Shown here in pieces: positions 10,342-21,201 of a DNA stretch of 64,000 nucleotides (positions are counted from its first letter, which is position 1; every line of letters begins with the position of its first letter). A program made the translations under genes and the position numbers. The stretch spans positions 1,824,001 through 1,888,000 of the forward strand of contig OY762926.1 in assembly GCA_963666735.1 (NCBI GenBank), read 5' to 3'. Source of the DNA: Gemmatimonadota bacterium (GTDB lineage: Bacteria > Gemmatimonadota > Gemmatimonadetes > Palauibacterales > Palauibacteraceae). Under the pieces are notes generated by a model, which was given only the letters and a program-made list of their open reading frames with translations, was not told the origin of the DNA and did no database searches.

Positions 10342-10503
10342 CTCTGTAGGAATCGGATGCAAGGGGATTTCTTGAAGCCCTCCGCAACACGGTTCGGCCC
10401 CTCCCATCGGTTTCCGCCGTCCCCGCAGGGCATGACGTCCGCCTCCGGATCGGAGACTCTATGGGCAATTGTTGGCTCAAGAAATATGGCCTTGCATCCG
10501 TCC
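10316..10503 (-). ncRNA. ssrS: putative 6S RNA (rod-like hairpin with internal bubble, ~190 nt)
   Basis: Nested complementary segments CGGATGCAAGG/CCTTGCATCCG, ATTTCTTGA/TCAAGAAAT, CAACA/TGTTG and an apical stem; own promoter and terminator. The family call is inferred from shape and size. Confidence 0.6.
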
Positions 10504-10509
10504 GCGTGA

Positions 10510-10538
10510 ACGTTAGTGCCGCTTCGGGTCCGCGGCAA
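10510..10538 (-). promoter_or_regulatory. sigma70-type promoter TTGCCG-17-TAACGT for the putative ncRNA
   Basis: 17-bp spacing; predicted start ~10503, just before the long stem. Confidence 0.55.
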
Positions 10539-10641
10539 ACCTTGCTGGCCCGAGGTTGGCGCGCGCGGTACGGGCGACCCCGGTGGCGCGTGGCGACCGC
10601 CGAAGTCATGATGCTTCCGAACTCTTCCCCACGGAGGCGCC

Positions 10642-10926
10642 ATGGCCCGCCGACCCTCTCCGCAGAATTCCTTCACGTCGTCACAGGAGGTGACGGACGA
10701 ACAACTCGACGCGTACATCCGCACGCGCCTCGCGCTCGCGGGCGTCGATCTCTCCGTGCTTCCCGACGACGATGAGGATGCGCCGGCCGATCAGCGCCGC
10801 ATCATGGCGTCCGCGCGCCGCTTCATGAGGTCGACGCCCGGGGCGATCGCCGATTTCGAGTTCGATCCCCTGGGGCCTGCACCCGCCATCTATCCCGCCG
10901 AACTGAGCGCGTGGAACCGTGGGTGA
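10642..10926 (+). CDS. small hypothetical protein, probable amidase partner
   Basis: GGAGG RBS; overlaps the amidase start. Confidence 0.7.
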   Translation: MARRPSPQNSFTSSQEVTDEQLDAYIRTRLALAGVDLSVLPDDDEDAPADQRRIMASARRFMRSTPGAIADFEFDPLGPAPAIYPAELSAWNRG

Positions 10927-12697
10927 GCTGAACCGGCGCCGTTTCCTCGAGCGGATGACGGCGCTGACCGCGACGGCCATTGCGACCCCTTCGACCCTGG
11001 GCGCGATCTCCGACCCGGGATCCGGCGGCGCGACGGGATGCCCCGGAGGGACCGAAGCGGGCAGCGGGACCGCGACCGGACACCTCGGCGAACTGCACCT
11101 TCCGCCGGCGGGCCGTCCGCAACCTGCGGACCTGACCGAACTCACGCTCGCCGAAGCGGCGCGGCTCCTTCGTGACGGCGACGTGGGCGCGGTCGAACTC
11201 GTGGAGGCGTATCTCGCGCGGATCGGCCGGTGGGACCCCCGCTATCAGGCGTTCAACACGGTGGTTTCCCAGGCCGCGCTCGAGGCGGCCCGGACCGCGG
11301 ACCGGACACGCGGACGCGCCCCGCTGACGGGCGTGCCGCTCGCGATCAAGGACAACTATTTCACCGCCGGCGTCCGCACGACGGCCAACTCGTTCATCTT
11401 CGAGGACTTCGTGCCGGATTTCGACGCGACCTCGTGGGCGCGGCTTCGCGACGCGGGCGCGATCCTGCTCGGCAAGACCCAGATGGGACCGCTCGCGACG
11501 ACGGCCGCCTCGACCCCCACGGGGGAGCGCACGACGGTGAACGCATGGGCCCCGCACCACGACAATGTGAGCCCGGGCGGATCCTCGAGCGGGTCGGCGA
11601 CGGCGGTCGCGGCGCGCATGGCCGCGTCGAGCACCGGGACGCAGACGGGCGGCTCGATCACGAACCCATCGAACGCACAGGCGCTGACGGGCATCAAGCC
11701 GACGATGGGCCGGGTCTCGCTGCACGGCATCCTCCCTCTCACCTACACGCGAGATCATCCGGGCCCGCTGGCCAGGGACGCGGTCGACGCGGCGTTGATG
11801 CTGCGGGTCATGGCGGGGCCCGACCCCGCGGACCCCCGGTCCCTCGGCCTCCCGCCGGTCCCGGACTACCTGCGGGCGGTGAGCGGGGACGGCGGCGCCC
11901 TCACGCACCCGGAGCGCGGAGGGGCGGTGCGGATCGGCGTTCTGCCGGGCTTCCTCGACGAACCGGAGCCTCCGGCGGACCCGGGGCCCGAACCGGACCC
12001 CGATGTCGACCGCATCGGAAGCTCGTTCCCGCGGCGGGAGCGGACGCAGGCGGCGTACCGTCGCGAAGTGGCGACGGCGGAGGCGCGGCGGCGCATGCTC
12101 GCGACGCTCGAGGACGTGGGAGCGGAAATCGTCGAACTCGACTTCCCGACCCACTGGGAGACGCTGACGAGCTTCGACTTCAACAACGTGCGGCTCCCGG
12201 AGCGCTCGGAGATCTTCCTCGAACACCTTCGGGACGACGTGAGGAAGTTCGGCGTCTCGCTCGCCCCATGGGTCAACGGGCTGCTCCTTCCCGCGGCCGA
12301 GTACGTGCGCGGCTCGCGGGCCCGGCTCGTCCTTCTGGAGGAGGTCCTCGACGAGGTGTTCGGCCGCTGCGACCTGGTGACGCAGACCGCGCCGTACCCC
12401 TTCGACATGGTGGGGCTGCCGCTCATCGGCTTCCCGATCGGGTTCGAGACCGGGTCGACGGGATACCCGAGACCCATCGGGGGCATGTTCGGCGCGGAAC
12501 CCTACGCGGAACACCACCTGCTCGCCGTCATCGCGGCGTACCAGCGCGCGACGGACTGGCACCTGCGGCGGCCCGCGGACCCCGGCGCGCTCCGGCCCGC
12601 CGAGGGGGACGGGGGCGCCCCCGGCGACGGCTCGGGCGGCCGGAGCCCTTCACCGGGACGCTACGATTTGTTCGACGTGATGGAGCGCGGCGAATAG
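10919..12697 (+). CDS. amidase-signature family protein with Tat signal
   Basis: LNRRRFL Tat motif; GVPLAIKD, PGGSSSGSA, GTQTGGS. Confidence 0.9.
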   Translation: MGELNRRRFLERMTALTATAIATPSTLGAISDPGSGGATGCPGGTEAGSGTATGHLGELHLPPAGRPQPADLTELTLAEAARLLRDGDVGAVELVEAYLARIGRWDPRYQAFNTVVSQAALEAARTADRTRGRAPLTGVPLAIKDNYFTAGVRTTANSFIFEDFVPDFDATSWARLRDAGAILLGKTQMGPLATTAASTPTGERTTVNAWAPHHDNVSPGGSSSGSATAVAARMAASSTGTQTGGSITNPSNAQALTGIKPTMGRVSLHGILPLTYTRDHPGPLARDAVDAALMLRVMAGPDPADPRSLGLPPVPDYLRAVSGDGGALTHPERGGAVRIGVLPGFLDEPEPPADPGPEPDPDVDRIGSSFPRRERTQAAYRREVATAEARRRMLATLEDVGAEIVELDFPTHWETLTSFDFNNVRLPERSEIFLEHLRDDVRKFGVSLAPWVNGLLLPAAEYVRGSRARLVLLEEVLDEVFGRCDLVTQTAPYPFDMVGLPLIGFPIGFETGSTGYPRPIGGMFGAEPYAEHHLLAVIAAYQRATDWHLRRPADPGALRPAEGDGGAPGDGSGGRSPSPGRYDLFDVMERGE

Positions 12698-12704
12698 AGA
12701 GCGG

Positions 12705-14609
12705 TCACCATGCGATGCCGTAGTCGTCGCCGTGGTGGCTCGAGCCGCCCCAGAAGGCGTCGTTCTCCCAGTCGAAGAAGATCGCGTTGATCGGCCCCGA
12801 TGTGCGCTCCGCGAAGGTGAGTTCGTAACCCATCGAGTCGAGGGCGGAGCGGATCCAGGGCGGCGTCGCGTCCTGCAGCAGCATCCGTCCCGGGCGCGTC
12901 TCGTGCTGGCCGAATGAACCCCGCATCTGGTAGCTGTTCATGTTCGGCGCCTCGACCGCCTGCTGCACGTTCATGTCCCACTCGACCACGTTGAGGAAGA
13001 ACTGGAGCAGGTTCTGGTCCTGTCCGTCTCCCCCCTGAACGGCGAAGGAGAGGAAGGGACGGCCGTCCTTGAGCGCCATGCCCGGCGTAAGCGTGGCGCG
13101 CGGCCGCTTTCCGGGTTCGATCACGTTGTACGGGTTGTCCGCCTCATCGAGGACGAAGCTCTGGGCCCGCTGGGAGAGCCCGATCCCGGTTTCCCCGGCG
13201 ACGACGGCGGGAATCCAGCCGCCGGAAGGCGTGATGGAGACGACCCAGCCCTCCGCGTCCGCCGCCTGTACGGAGGTCGTGCCGAGATAGAAGTCCTCGT
13301 CGAGTTCCGCGTGATCGCCCAGGGACAGTTCGACTCCCTGTTCCGTCGTGACGGCGGCCCGCGTCCCCCAGCGTTCGAGCAGGTCGGTGAAGGGGTTCTC
13401 CTCCCCCTGGAAGGGATAGGGATCGCCGGGCCCCGCGTTCGGATCGTTCCGGTCCCAGTCGATGGCCTCGAGCCGGGCCCTCGCGTAGTCCTTCGAGAGA
13501 AGTCCCTCGATCGGTTCCGCGGGCGGGAAGTAGGGGTCGCCGTAGTAGAAGTCGCGGTCGGCGAAGGAGAGGTTCATCACCTGATAGAGGGCGTGGAGAT
13601 AGTTCGCGCTGTTGTAGCCCATGCCCTTGAGGTCGAGTTGCTCGGCCATGTTGAGCGCCTGCAGCATCACGGGTCCCTGGACCCAGGTCGTGAGCTTGTA
13701 GACATCGATCCCCTTGTAGTTGGCGGTGACCGGCTCCTCCAGGTAGACCTGCCAGTTCGCCATGTCCTCCATCGTGATGAGCGCGCCGGCCGCCCGGGCG
13801 CCCGCGACGAAGTCCGCCGCGATTTCTCCCCGGTAGAAGGCGTTGTACGCGGCGTAGATCGCCTCCCTGCGGCTCGCGCCTCCGGCGAGCGCCTCGGCCT
13901 CGGCTTCGACGAGCCGCTCCAGCGTCCGCTTCAGTCCCGGCTGCCGAAAGATCTCGCCCTCCCGCGGGCCGGGGTTATCGGCGTCGTCCGGGTGAGTGAA
14001 GTACACGTCCATGGACGACGGCCACTGCCGGATCTCGTCCACCGTATTCCGGATGCGGCGCACCGCATCGGCCTCGATCGGGTATCCGTCCGCCATCTCG
14101 ATCGAGGGCTGAAGCACGTCGGCGAGGCTCAGCCGGCCCCATTCGGCGAGCATCGTCATGAGCCCGCCGGGCGTGCCGGGGGTCACGGCCGACAGCGGGC
14201 CGAACTCGGGGGGGAAGTTGTCGTGGCCCTCCGCGCGGTAGCGGTCGGGGGTCGCGCCGGTCGGCGCCACGCCGAGCGCGTTCACGCCGATGACGCGCTC
14301 TTCTCCCGGATGATAGATGAGCGCCTGTGTCTCGCCTCCCCACGAGAGCACGTCCCACATGGTGGAGGTCGCGGCGAGCATGGCGGCGGCCGCGTCGACC
14401 GCGTTTCCGCCCTGATGGAACATGCGCGCCCCGGCGGTGGCGCCGAGCGGCTTGCCGGTGATCGCCATCCAGTGGCGCCCGTGCAGCACCGGCTTGGCGG
14501 TGCGCTGGGCTTCGACGACCGGAGGCAGAGCCAGGAGCAGCAGAGCCGCGAGGGCGACGCGGGGCGTCACGAAGTTGCGGACGGAGCAAGAGCCGAGAGC
14601 GACGGACAT
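12705..14609 (-). CDS. ggt: gamma-glutamyltransferase family protein, secreted
   Basis: GGNAVDAA, TTSVQAAD nucleophile site, PGKRPRATLTP, GGDGQDQ; signal peptide. Confidence 0.9.
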   Translation of the reverse strand: MSVALGSCSVRNFVTPRVALAALLLLALPPVVEAQRTAKPVLHGRHWMAITGKPLGATAGARMFHQGGNAVDAAAAMLAATSTMWDVLSWGGETQALIYHPGEERVIGVNALGVAPTGATPDRYRAEGHDNFPPEFGPLSAVTPGTPGGLMTMLAEWGRLSLADVLQPSIEMADGYPIEADAVRRIRNTVDEIRQWPSSMDVYFTHPDDADNPGPREGEIFRQPGLKRTLERLVEAEAEALAGGASRREAIYAAYNAFYRGEIAADFVAGARAAGALITMEDMANWQVYLEEPVTANYKGIDVYKLTTWVQGPVMLQALNMAEQLDLKGMGYNSANYLHALYQVMNLSFADRDFYYGDPYFPPAEPIEGLLSKDYARARLEAIDWDRNDPNAGPGDPYPFQGEENPFTDLLERWGTRAAVTTEQGVELSLGDHAELDEDFYLGTTSVQAADAEGWVVSITPSGGWIPAVVAGETGIGLSQRAQSFVLDEADNPYNVIEPGKRPRATLTPGMALKDGRPFLSFAVQGGDGQDQNLLQFFLNVVEWDMNVQQAVEAPNMNSYQMRGSFGQHETRPGRMLLQDATPPWIRSALDSMGYELTFAERTSGPINAIFFDWENDAFWGGSSHHGDDYGIAW

Positions 14610-14693
14610 GATGGAATCCTCCGGGGAAGAACCGCGCGAACCGACAGCCGAAATATGGCCCCCTCCCGGCCCGGGGCGAAAGCCGGGCCGGAG

Positions 14694-15914
<1,221 letters not shown>

Positions 15915-15928
15915 GGACGTAGAGTCTC

Positions 15929-17797
15929 TTGGATATGATGACCGGACTTCGTTTCACCATGGAATCGGACAGACGCCGGGGCCGCGCCCGGCGAAGCGTG
16001 CGCCGCCACGGTGGGGCGCGGGAGGTCGCTTCGCAAGGCGGAGGGAGGCCCGCCGGGCGGACGCTCCGCCTCTCCGCTCTCGTCGTGAGCTTCCTTTCGG
16101 GCCTGTCGGCTGGCTGTCGTCCGGCCCCGGAGGGACCGCGTCCGCCCCGGATTCCGGCGGAGGGGGCGACGCTCGACGCGGCCTCGGTGGCCCCCGAACC
16201 GGGCCTGGAGTTGCGCCGCGCGACGGCCCGCGCCGGTTTCGATATCGCGCACTATCGGATCGAACTCGACCTCTCCCGTCCCGCCTCGGGAGAATTCGCG
16301 GCCGTCGCGACGCTGCGGGGCGACCTCGCCGCCGGTGCGGATCGCGTGGACCTCGACTTCATCGGGCTGGAGGTCGCGTCCGTGACGATGGACGGCCGGG
16401 CCGTCGAGTACGGGCGTGGCGGCTCGGTGCTCACGGTCGGCCCGTTCGAGGCGACAGCCGCCGCCGTGGAGCGCGAGATCCGCGTCGAATACGGAGGTTC
16501 CCCGCAGAACGGCCTCTTCTTCGGCGAGGATCGCAACGGCGAGCCGGCCGTGTTCGCGGACAACTGGCCGAACCGCGCCCGGTGGTGGTTTCCCTCCAAC
16601 GATCACCCCCTGGACAAGGCCACCGCCCGCTTCGAGGTCCTGGCCCCGGCGGGGTTCGAGGTCATCGCCAACGGGCGCCTCGTGGAGACGCGTCCGGGAA
16701 CCGAGGGTGGAGCGGTGTGGGTCTGGGAGACGGATTCCGGTGCGCCGATCCCCTCCTATACGATGGTCGTGGGGATGGCCCGCTTCGAGCGTCGTCCCCT
16801 CGGCGCGGCGGGCTGCGGACTCTCCCCGGCGGCGCCTCGTTCCGGAGGAGAAGGGGAGGCCTGCGCGGCCGTTTCGGTGTGGGCGCTGGCGGGCGATGGC
16901 GACTACGGGGCCGAACGCTTCTCGCGCGCGCCGGACATGCTCGACTTCTACAGCGAGCTGATCGGGCCGTATCCGTACGAGAAACTCGCCCACGTGGAGT
17001 CGTCGACCCGATTCGGGGGCATGGAGAACTCGAGCGCGATCTTCTACGGGCGCGGAGCCTGGGAGGAGCGGCGCATGGGCGAGGGGGTCATCGCGCACGA
17101 GACCGCGCACCAGTGGTTCGGCGACGCGGTGAGCCCGGCGTCCTGGAACCACCTGTGGGTCAGCGAGGGATTCGCGAGCTACTTCGGCCCGCTCTATTTC
17201 GAGGCCCGGGACGGGACGGAGGCGTTTCAGGCGCTCATGAGCGGGAGCCGCGAGGTCGCGGTGGGATCGGACGTCGTTGGGCAGGCGATCGTCGACTCCA
17301 GCTCCAACCAGCTCTTCGACCTCCTGAACCGGAACAACTACCAGAAGGGCGCCTGGGTCCTCCACATGCTGCGCCGTCACATGGGGGACGAAGCGTTCTT
17401 CCGCGGGATCCGGGACTACTACGCCGGTCATCTCCACGGCGCCGCCCTGACCCGCGACGTGCGGGAGGCGTTCGAGCGCGCCTCGGGCCGCGAGCTGGGC
17501 TGGTTCTTCGACCAGTGGGTCCACGGCCCCGGACACCCGCGACTCGAGGTGGAATGGGGCCCGGAGGCGGAGGATCTCGTGCTCTCGATCCGCCAGGCGC
17601 AGCCGGCGGAGTGGCCGGTGTTCACGCTCGATCTCGAGTTCGAGGTCGAGGGGGGCGCCGCCGATGGCCGTCGCGCGAGCGTGCGCGTCGACTCGCGGGA
17701 AGCGATGCTGCGCATCCCGGGCGCCGCGGGGGCCGACGGCGTGCGCTTCGACCCCGACGTCAGCGTGCTCGCGACGGCGGAACTGCGGCGGCGCTGA
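15929..17797 (+). CDS. M1 family metalloaminopeptidase (start uncertain)
   Basis: GGMEN, HETAHQWFG..WVSEGFA, YQKGAWVLHML. Confidence 0.92.
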   Translation: MDMMTGLRFTMESDRRRGRARRSVRRHGGAREVASQGGGRPAGRTLRLSALVVSFLSGLSAGCRPAPEGPRPPRIPAEGATLDAASVAPEPGLELRRATARAGFDIAHYRIELDLSRPASGEFAAVATLRGDLAAGADRVDLDFIGLEVASVTMDGRAVEYGRGGSVLTVGPFEATAAAVEREIRVEYGGSPQNGLFFGEDRNGEPAVFADNWPNRARWWFPSNDHPLDKATARFEVLAPAGFEVIANGRLVETRPGTEGGAVWVWETDSGAPIPSYTMVVGMARFERRPLGAAGCGLSPAAPRSGGEGEACAAVSVWALAGDGDYGAERFSRAPDMLDFYSELIGPYPYEKLAHVESSTRFGGMENSSAIFYGRGAWEERRMGEGVIAHETAHQWFGDAVSPASWNHLWVSEGFASYFGPLYFEARDGTEAFQALMSGSREVAVGSDVVGQAIVDSSSNQLFDLLNRNNYQKGAWVLHMLRRHMGDEAFFRGIRDYYAGHLHGAALTRDVREAFERASGRELGWFFDQWVHGPGHPRLEVEWGPEAEDLVLSIRQAQPAEWPVFTLDLEFEVEGGAADGRRASVRVDSREAMLRIPGAAGADGVRFDPDVSVLATAELRRR

Positions 17798-19124
17798 ACG
17801 GGCGGGCGATCCGGGCCGCTTGCGGGCTGCCGAGCGCCAGGTCGCACGCCAGCAGGTCGTCGTCCGTTTCGCGGCGGATCACCTCCCGCGCCGCGCCGTC
17901 CCGCACGAAGATGACGGCGGGGCGTCCGACCCCGTTGTAACGGCTCGACATCGCGAACACGTAGGCGCCCGTGCCCGGGATGGCGAGCACGTCGCCCACC
18001 TCGGTGTCGGCGGGCAGCGTCGCCGACGGCACGACCACGTCGCCCGACTCGCAGTGCCTCCCCACGACGCGAAACGTCCGCCCGGTCTCGCCGAGCGCGC
18101 GCGAAGCGTTGAGCACCTCGTAGCTCGCCCCGTACAGCGAGGGGCGCGGGTTGTCGGAGAGCCCGCCGTCCACGGCCAGTGCCTCCGCGGCCCCATCGAG
18201 ACGCTTGCGCGCGTGAATCGTGTAGAGGGTGAGCCCGGCGTTCGCGATCACGGACCGGCCCGGTTCGATGATGAGCCGGTACGCGCCCAGCCGCGCCGCC
18301 GCGTTGGACCGGCGCAGGCCGGCCTGCAGCGCCGCGGCATACCGCCGCGGTGAGGGCACCTCTTCCCCGGCGCGGTAGGGCGCCGCGAGCCCGCCCCCGA
18401 GATCCAGGTCGACCGTCTCGGGAAAACAGAGCCGCAGCGGCGCAACGAAATCCACTGCCGCCTCCGCGACCCGGGAGAAGAGCGCGGCATCCCGAATCTG
18501 GCTGCCCGCGTGGATGTGGACGCCCGTCAGGCGCCACTCTCCCGCGCCCGCGATCCGGCGCGCGACGGACTCCGCGACGGCCGGCGACATCCCGAAATGC
18601 GTGCCCGGCCCCACCGTCCGCACCTTCTCGTGGGTCTCCGGGGCCAGATCCACGTTCAGTCGCAGGAGCAGATCCGGACGATGGTCGGACTCTGCCGCGG
18701 CCGCCGCTCTCCGGAGGTCATCGACCTCGTCCGGATGGTCGATGACGACCCGGCCCACCCCGTACCCGATGGCCCGTTCCAACTCGGCGGCCGACTTGGC
18801 GTTCCCATGGAGGATGACGTCGCGCATCGGGAAGCCCGCTCGCCGCACGAGTTCGAGTTCCCCGCCGGAGACGACGTCCACCAGCCAGCCCTCCCGGGCC
18901 AGAAGCCGCACCAGGGCCCCGCACAGGAAGGCCTTGCCGGCGTATGTCAGTCCGGCGTCCGGTCCGAAGGCGGCACGAAAACGGGCGAGACGGTCCTCGA
19001 GATGGCTCTCGTCGACGACGACCAGCGGCGTCCCGAATCGGACGGCGAGTTCCGTCAGCCCTACCCCGCCGACGCGCCCTCGCCCGCCGGTCTCGGTCCA
19101 TGAGACGGGCAGGACGTGCTTCAC
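17760..19124 (-). CDS. lysA: diaminopimelate decarboxylase
   Basis: FGTPL, YAGKAF, HIHAGSQI, IEPGRS, GRHCESGD, GAY; true start is the GTG at 19124 overlapping the upstream stop. Confidence 0.93.
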   Translation of the reverse strand: MKHVLPVSWTETGGRGRVGGVGLTELAVRFGTPLVVVDESHLEDRLARFRAAFGPDAGLTYAGKAFLCGALVRLLAREGWLVDVVSGGELELVRRAGFPMRDVILHGNAKSAAELERAIGYGVGRVVIDHPDEVDDLRRAAAAAESDHRPDLLLRLNVDLAPETHEKVRTVGPGTHFGMSPAVAESVARRIAGAGEWRLTGVHIHAGSQIRDAALFSRVAEAAVDFVAPLRLCFPETVDLDLGGGLAAPYRAGEEVPSPRRYAAALQAGLRRSNAAARLGAYRLIIEPGRSVIANAGLTLYTIHARKRLDGAAEALAVDGGLSDNPRPSLYGASYEVLNASRALGETGRTFRVVGRHCESGDVVVPSATLPADTEVGDVLAIPGTGAYVFAMSSRYNGVGRPAVIFVRDGAAREVIRRETDDDLLACDLALGSPQAARIARPFSAAAVPPSRAR

Positions 19125-20557
19125 ATCAGGGCTCCGACGACGGCGAAGCCCGCGGTCGCGATGCCTCCCGCGACGAGCGCATACGGAATCTGCGTGCGGA
19201 CGTGCTCGATGTGATCGGTGGCCGAGGCGAGCGAGGCGATGATCGTCGTATCGCTGATCGGGCTGCAGTGGTCGCCGAAGATGCCACCCGACAGCACCGC
19301 GGCCACGAACGGCGCAGGCGGCAGGCCGAGGGCGTTCGCGAGCGGGACGGCCACCGCGAGCATGATCGCGAACGTCCCCCAACTGCTTCCGGTGGCGAAG
19401 GCGATCACGCCCGTGACGACGAACACGAGCGGCAGCAGCACCATGAGCGGGAAGGTGTCTCCGACGACGCCCGCCGCATAGAGACCCGTCCCCAGCGACC
19501 TCGTCACATCGCCGAGCGACAGCGCGAGCCAGAGCACGACGGCCATTCCGGTGAGCGCCCCCGCCCCCTTCAATCCCACGCGACTCAGCGCTTCGATGTC
19601 GAGGGAGCGCTGGCCGAGGGCGAGGAGCCAGGCCAGGGCCAGCCCCGCGAGCACCGCCCACAGCACGCTCGTGGTACCGGACCCGTCCGCAATCGACCCG
19701 CCCCCCGTCACCCACATGAACAGCGGCATGGAGACGACCATGGCCGCGATGGGGATCAGCATGTTGCGAGGCTTGAGCGCGACGCCCTCGGCCGGCGGCG
19801 GCGCGATCTCCTCCGGATCCGCGAGCGCCACGGCGTGGTCCCAGTGGAGACGCCCTTCCCCCGTGCGCGCCTCGGCTTTCTTCATCGGACCCCAGTTCCA
19901 GCCCCGGAAGGCGGTCAGGCCCGCCAGGACGAGGGCCGCGATGGCATAGAGGTTGAGCGGAATCGCGACGAGAAAGACGCCGAGCGGGTTGGCCACGCCC
20001 TGCTCGGTCAGGATCCCCAGAACCAGCGCGCCCCACGCGTTGAAGGGGATGAGGATGCAGACGGGCGCCGAGGTCGAGTCCACGATGTAGGCCAGTTTCT
20101 CTCGCGAGATCCTGAAGCGGTCGAAGAGGGGCCGCGACACGGAGCCCGCGACGAGGATCGTAAGATTCGATTCGATGAAGACGACGATCCCGATCAGCCA
20201 GGCCATGATCTGGGCGCGCCGGGCGTTCGTCACCCAGCGGGCTTCCTCGACCCAGCGCACGAAGCCCCGCATGCCGCCATTCGCCTCCACCGTGGCGATG
20301 AGGGCGCCGATGAGGAACGTGAAAACGATGACCCGCGCGTTGCCCGCGTCGCCGAGCACGCCGATCGCGCCATCGATCGCGCCCGCGGCGCCCGCGGCCG
20401 GGTTCCAGCCGGAGAGAATCGTGTGTCCGAGCCAGATGCCGGCCGCCAGGGAGAGGAAGACCTGCCGCGTGTAGATCGCGAGCCCAATCGCCAGCAGCGG
20501 GGGGAGAAGCGAGGCGAAGCCGTACGTACCGACCTCCTGCAGAGCGATTTCGGCCAT
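19121..20557 (-). CDS. Na+/H+ antiporter NhaC family transporter (possible amino-acid transporter)
   Basis: SREKLAYIVDSTSAP, FATGSSWGTF, FGDHCSPISDTT, HVRTQIPY. Confidence 0.9.
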   Translation of the reverse strand: MAEIALQEVGTYGFASLLPPLLAIGLAIYTRQVFLSLAAGIWLGHTILSGWNPAAGAAGAIDGAIGVLGDAGNARVIVFTFLIGALIATVEANGGMRGFVRWVEEARWVTNARRAQIMAWLIGIVVFIESNLTILVAGSVSRPLFDRFRISREKLAYIVDSTSAPVCILIPFNAWGALVLGILTEQGVANPLGVFLVAIPLNLYAIAALVLAGLTAFRGWNWGPMKKAEARTGEGRLHWDHAVALADPEEIAPPPAEGVALKPRNMLIPIAAMVVSMPLFMWVTGGGSIADGSGTTSVLWAVLAGLALAWLLALGQRSLDIEALSRVGLKGAGALTGMAVVLWLALSLGDVTRSLGTGLYAAGVVGDTFPLMVLLPLVFVVTGVIAFATGSSWGTFAIMLAVAVPLANALGLPPAPFVAAVLSGGIFGDHCSPISDTTIIASLASATDHIEHVRTQIPYALVAGGIATAGFAVVGALM

Positions 20558-20595
20558 TCACGTCCTCCCGGGGTTCAGCCGCCCGCGGGGGCGAC

Positions 20596-21201
20596 TCAGC
20601 GCTTCGAGACCCAGCGGCTCCGTCGATCGTAAAACCTGAGGGGTTGGTCCGCCGCGCGCGAGATCCCGATCCGCGTCGTGACCCGCACGACCGCCTCCGG
20701 GACGGTTTCTCCCCAATGCACGGAGAGCGGGGGATGGTCGAGTCGATGCCCCTGCATGTCGGGACCCACCGCGAGCGCCTGGGCGAGCCGGGCCGGGCCG
20801 TTGGTGAGTTCCGCTCGGCCGCGGCGGCGGCGCATGACATCGAGACCCTCGGTTGGCTCGACGGCCCGCAGGAGGACGCCGGCCGGGAAGCCCTCCGGTC
20901 CCGTGACCACGTTCAGGAGCCAGTGGATGCCATAGTTGCGGTGGATGTACGCGGTGCCCGGAGGTCCGAACAGCGGCGCGTTCCGCGCCGTGCGGCCGAT
21001 CCGCTCGGCCGCGTGGCAGGCGTCGTCCTCGGGCCCCGTGTAGGCTTCCGTCTCGACGATCCGGCCGGCGGTCCGCTCACCGGCGCAGTCGGAGCGCACC
21101 GTGCAGCCGAGCAGTGCCCGGGCCACTTCGACGGCGGGGCGAGAGAGAAAATCGGCGTCGATCGGTCCGGACCGGGGGCCCGGACCGGCCGAGTCGTTCA
21201 G
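20596..21201 (-). CDS. DNA-3-methyladenine glycosylase (MPG family); start uncertain
   Basis: GRIVETEAY, YGIHWLLNVV, NGPARL, RIGIS; homology extends upstream of the track start (DFLSRPAVEVARALLG). Confidence 0.9.
   Translation of the reverse strand: MNDSAGPGPRSGPIDADFLSRPAVEVARALLGCTVRSDCAGERTAGRIVETEAYTGPEDDACHAAERIGRTARNAPLFGPPGTAYIHRNYGIHWLLNVVTGPEGFPAGVLLRAVEPTEGLDVMRRRRGRAELTNGPARLAQALAVGPDMQGHRLDHPPLSVHWGETVPEAVVRVTTRIGISRAADQPLRFYDRRSRWVSKR

Noticed and set aside
17760..20840. 1026-aa ORF suggesting a large LysA fusion
   Set aside because: The upstream part is an off-frame overlap with the NhaC gene; LysA homology begins at the GTG at 19124.
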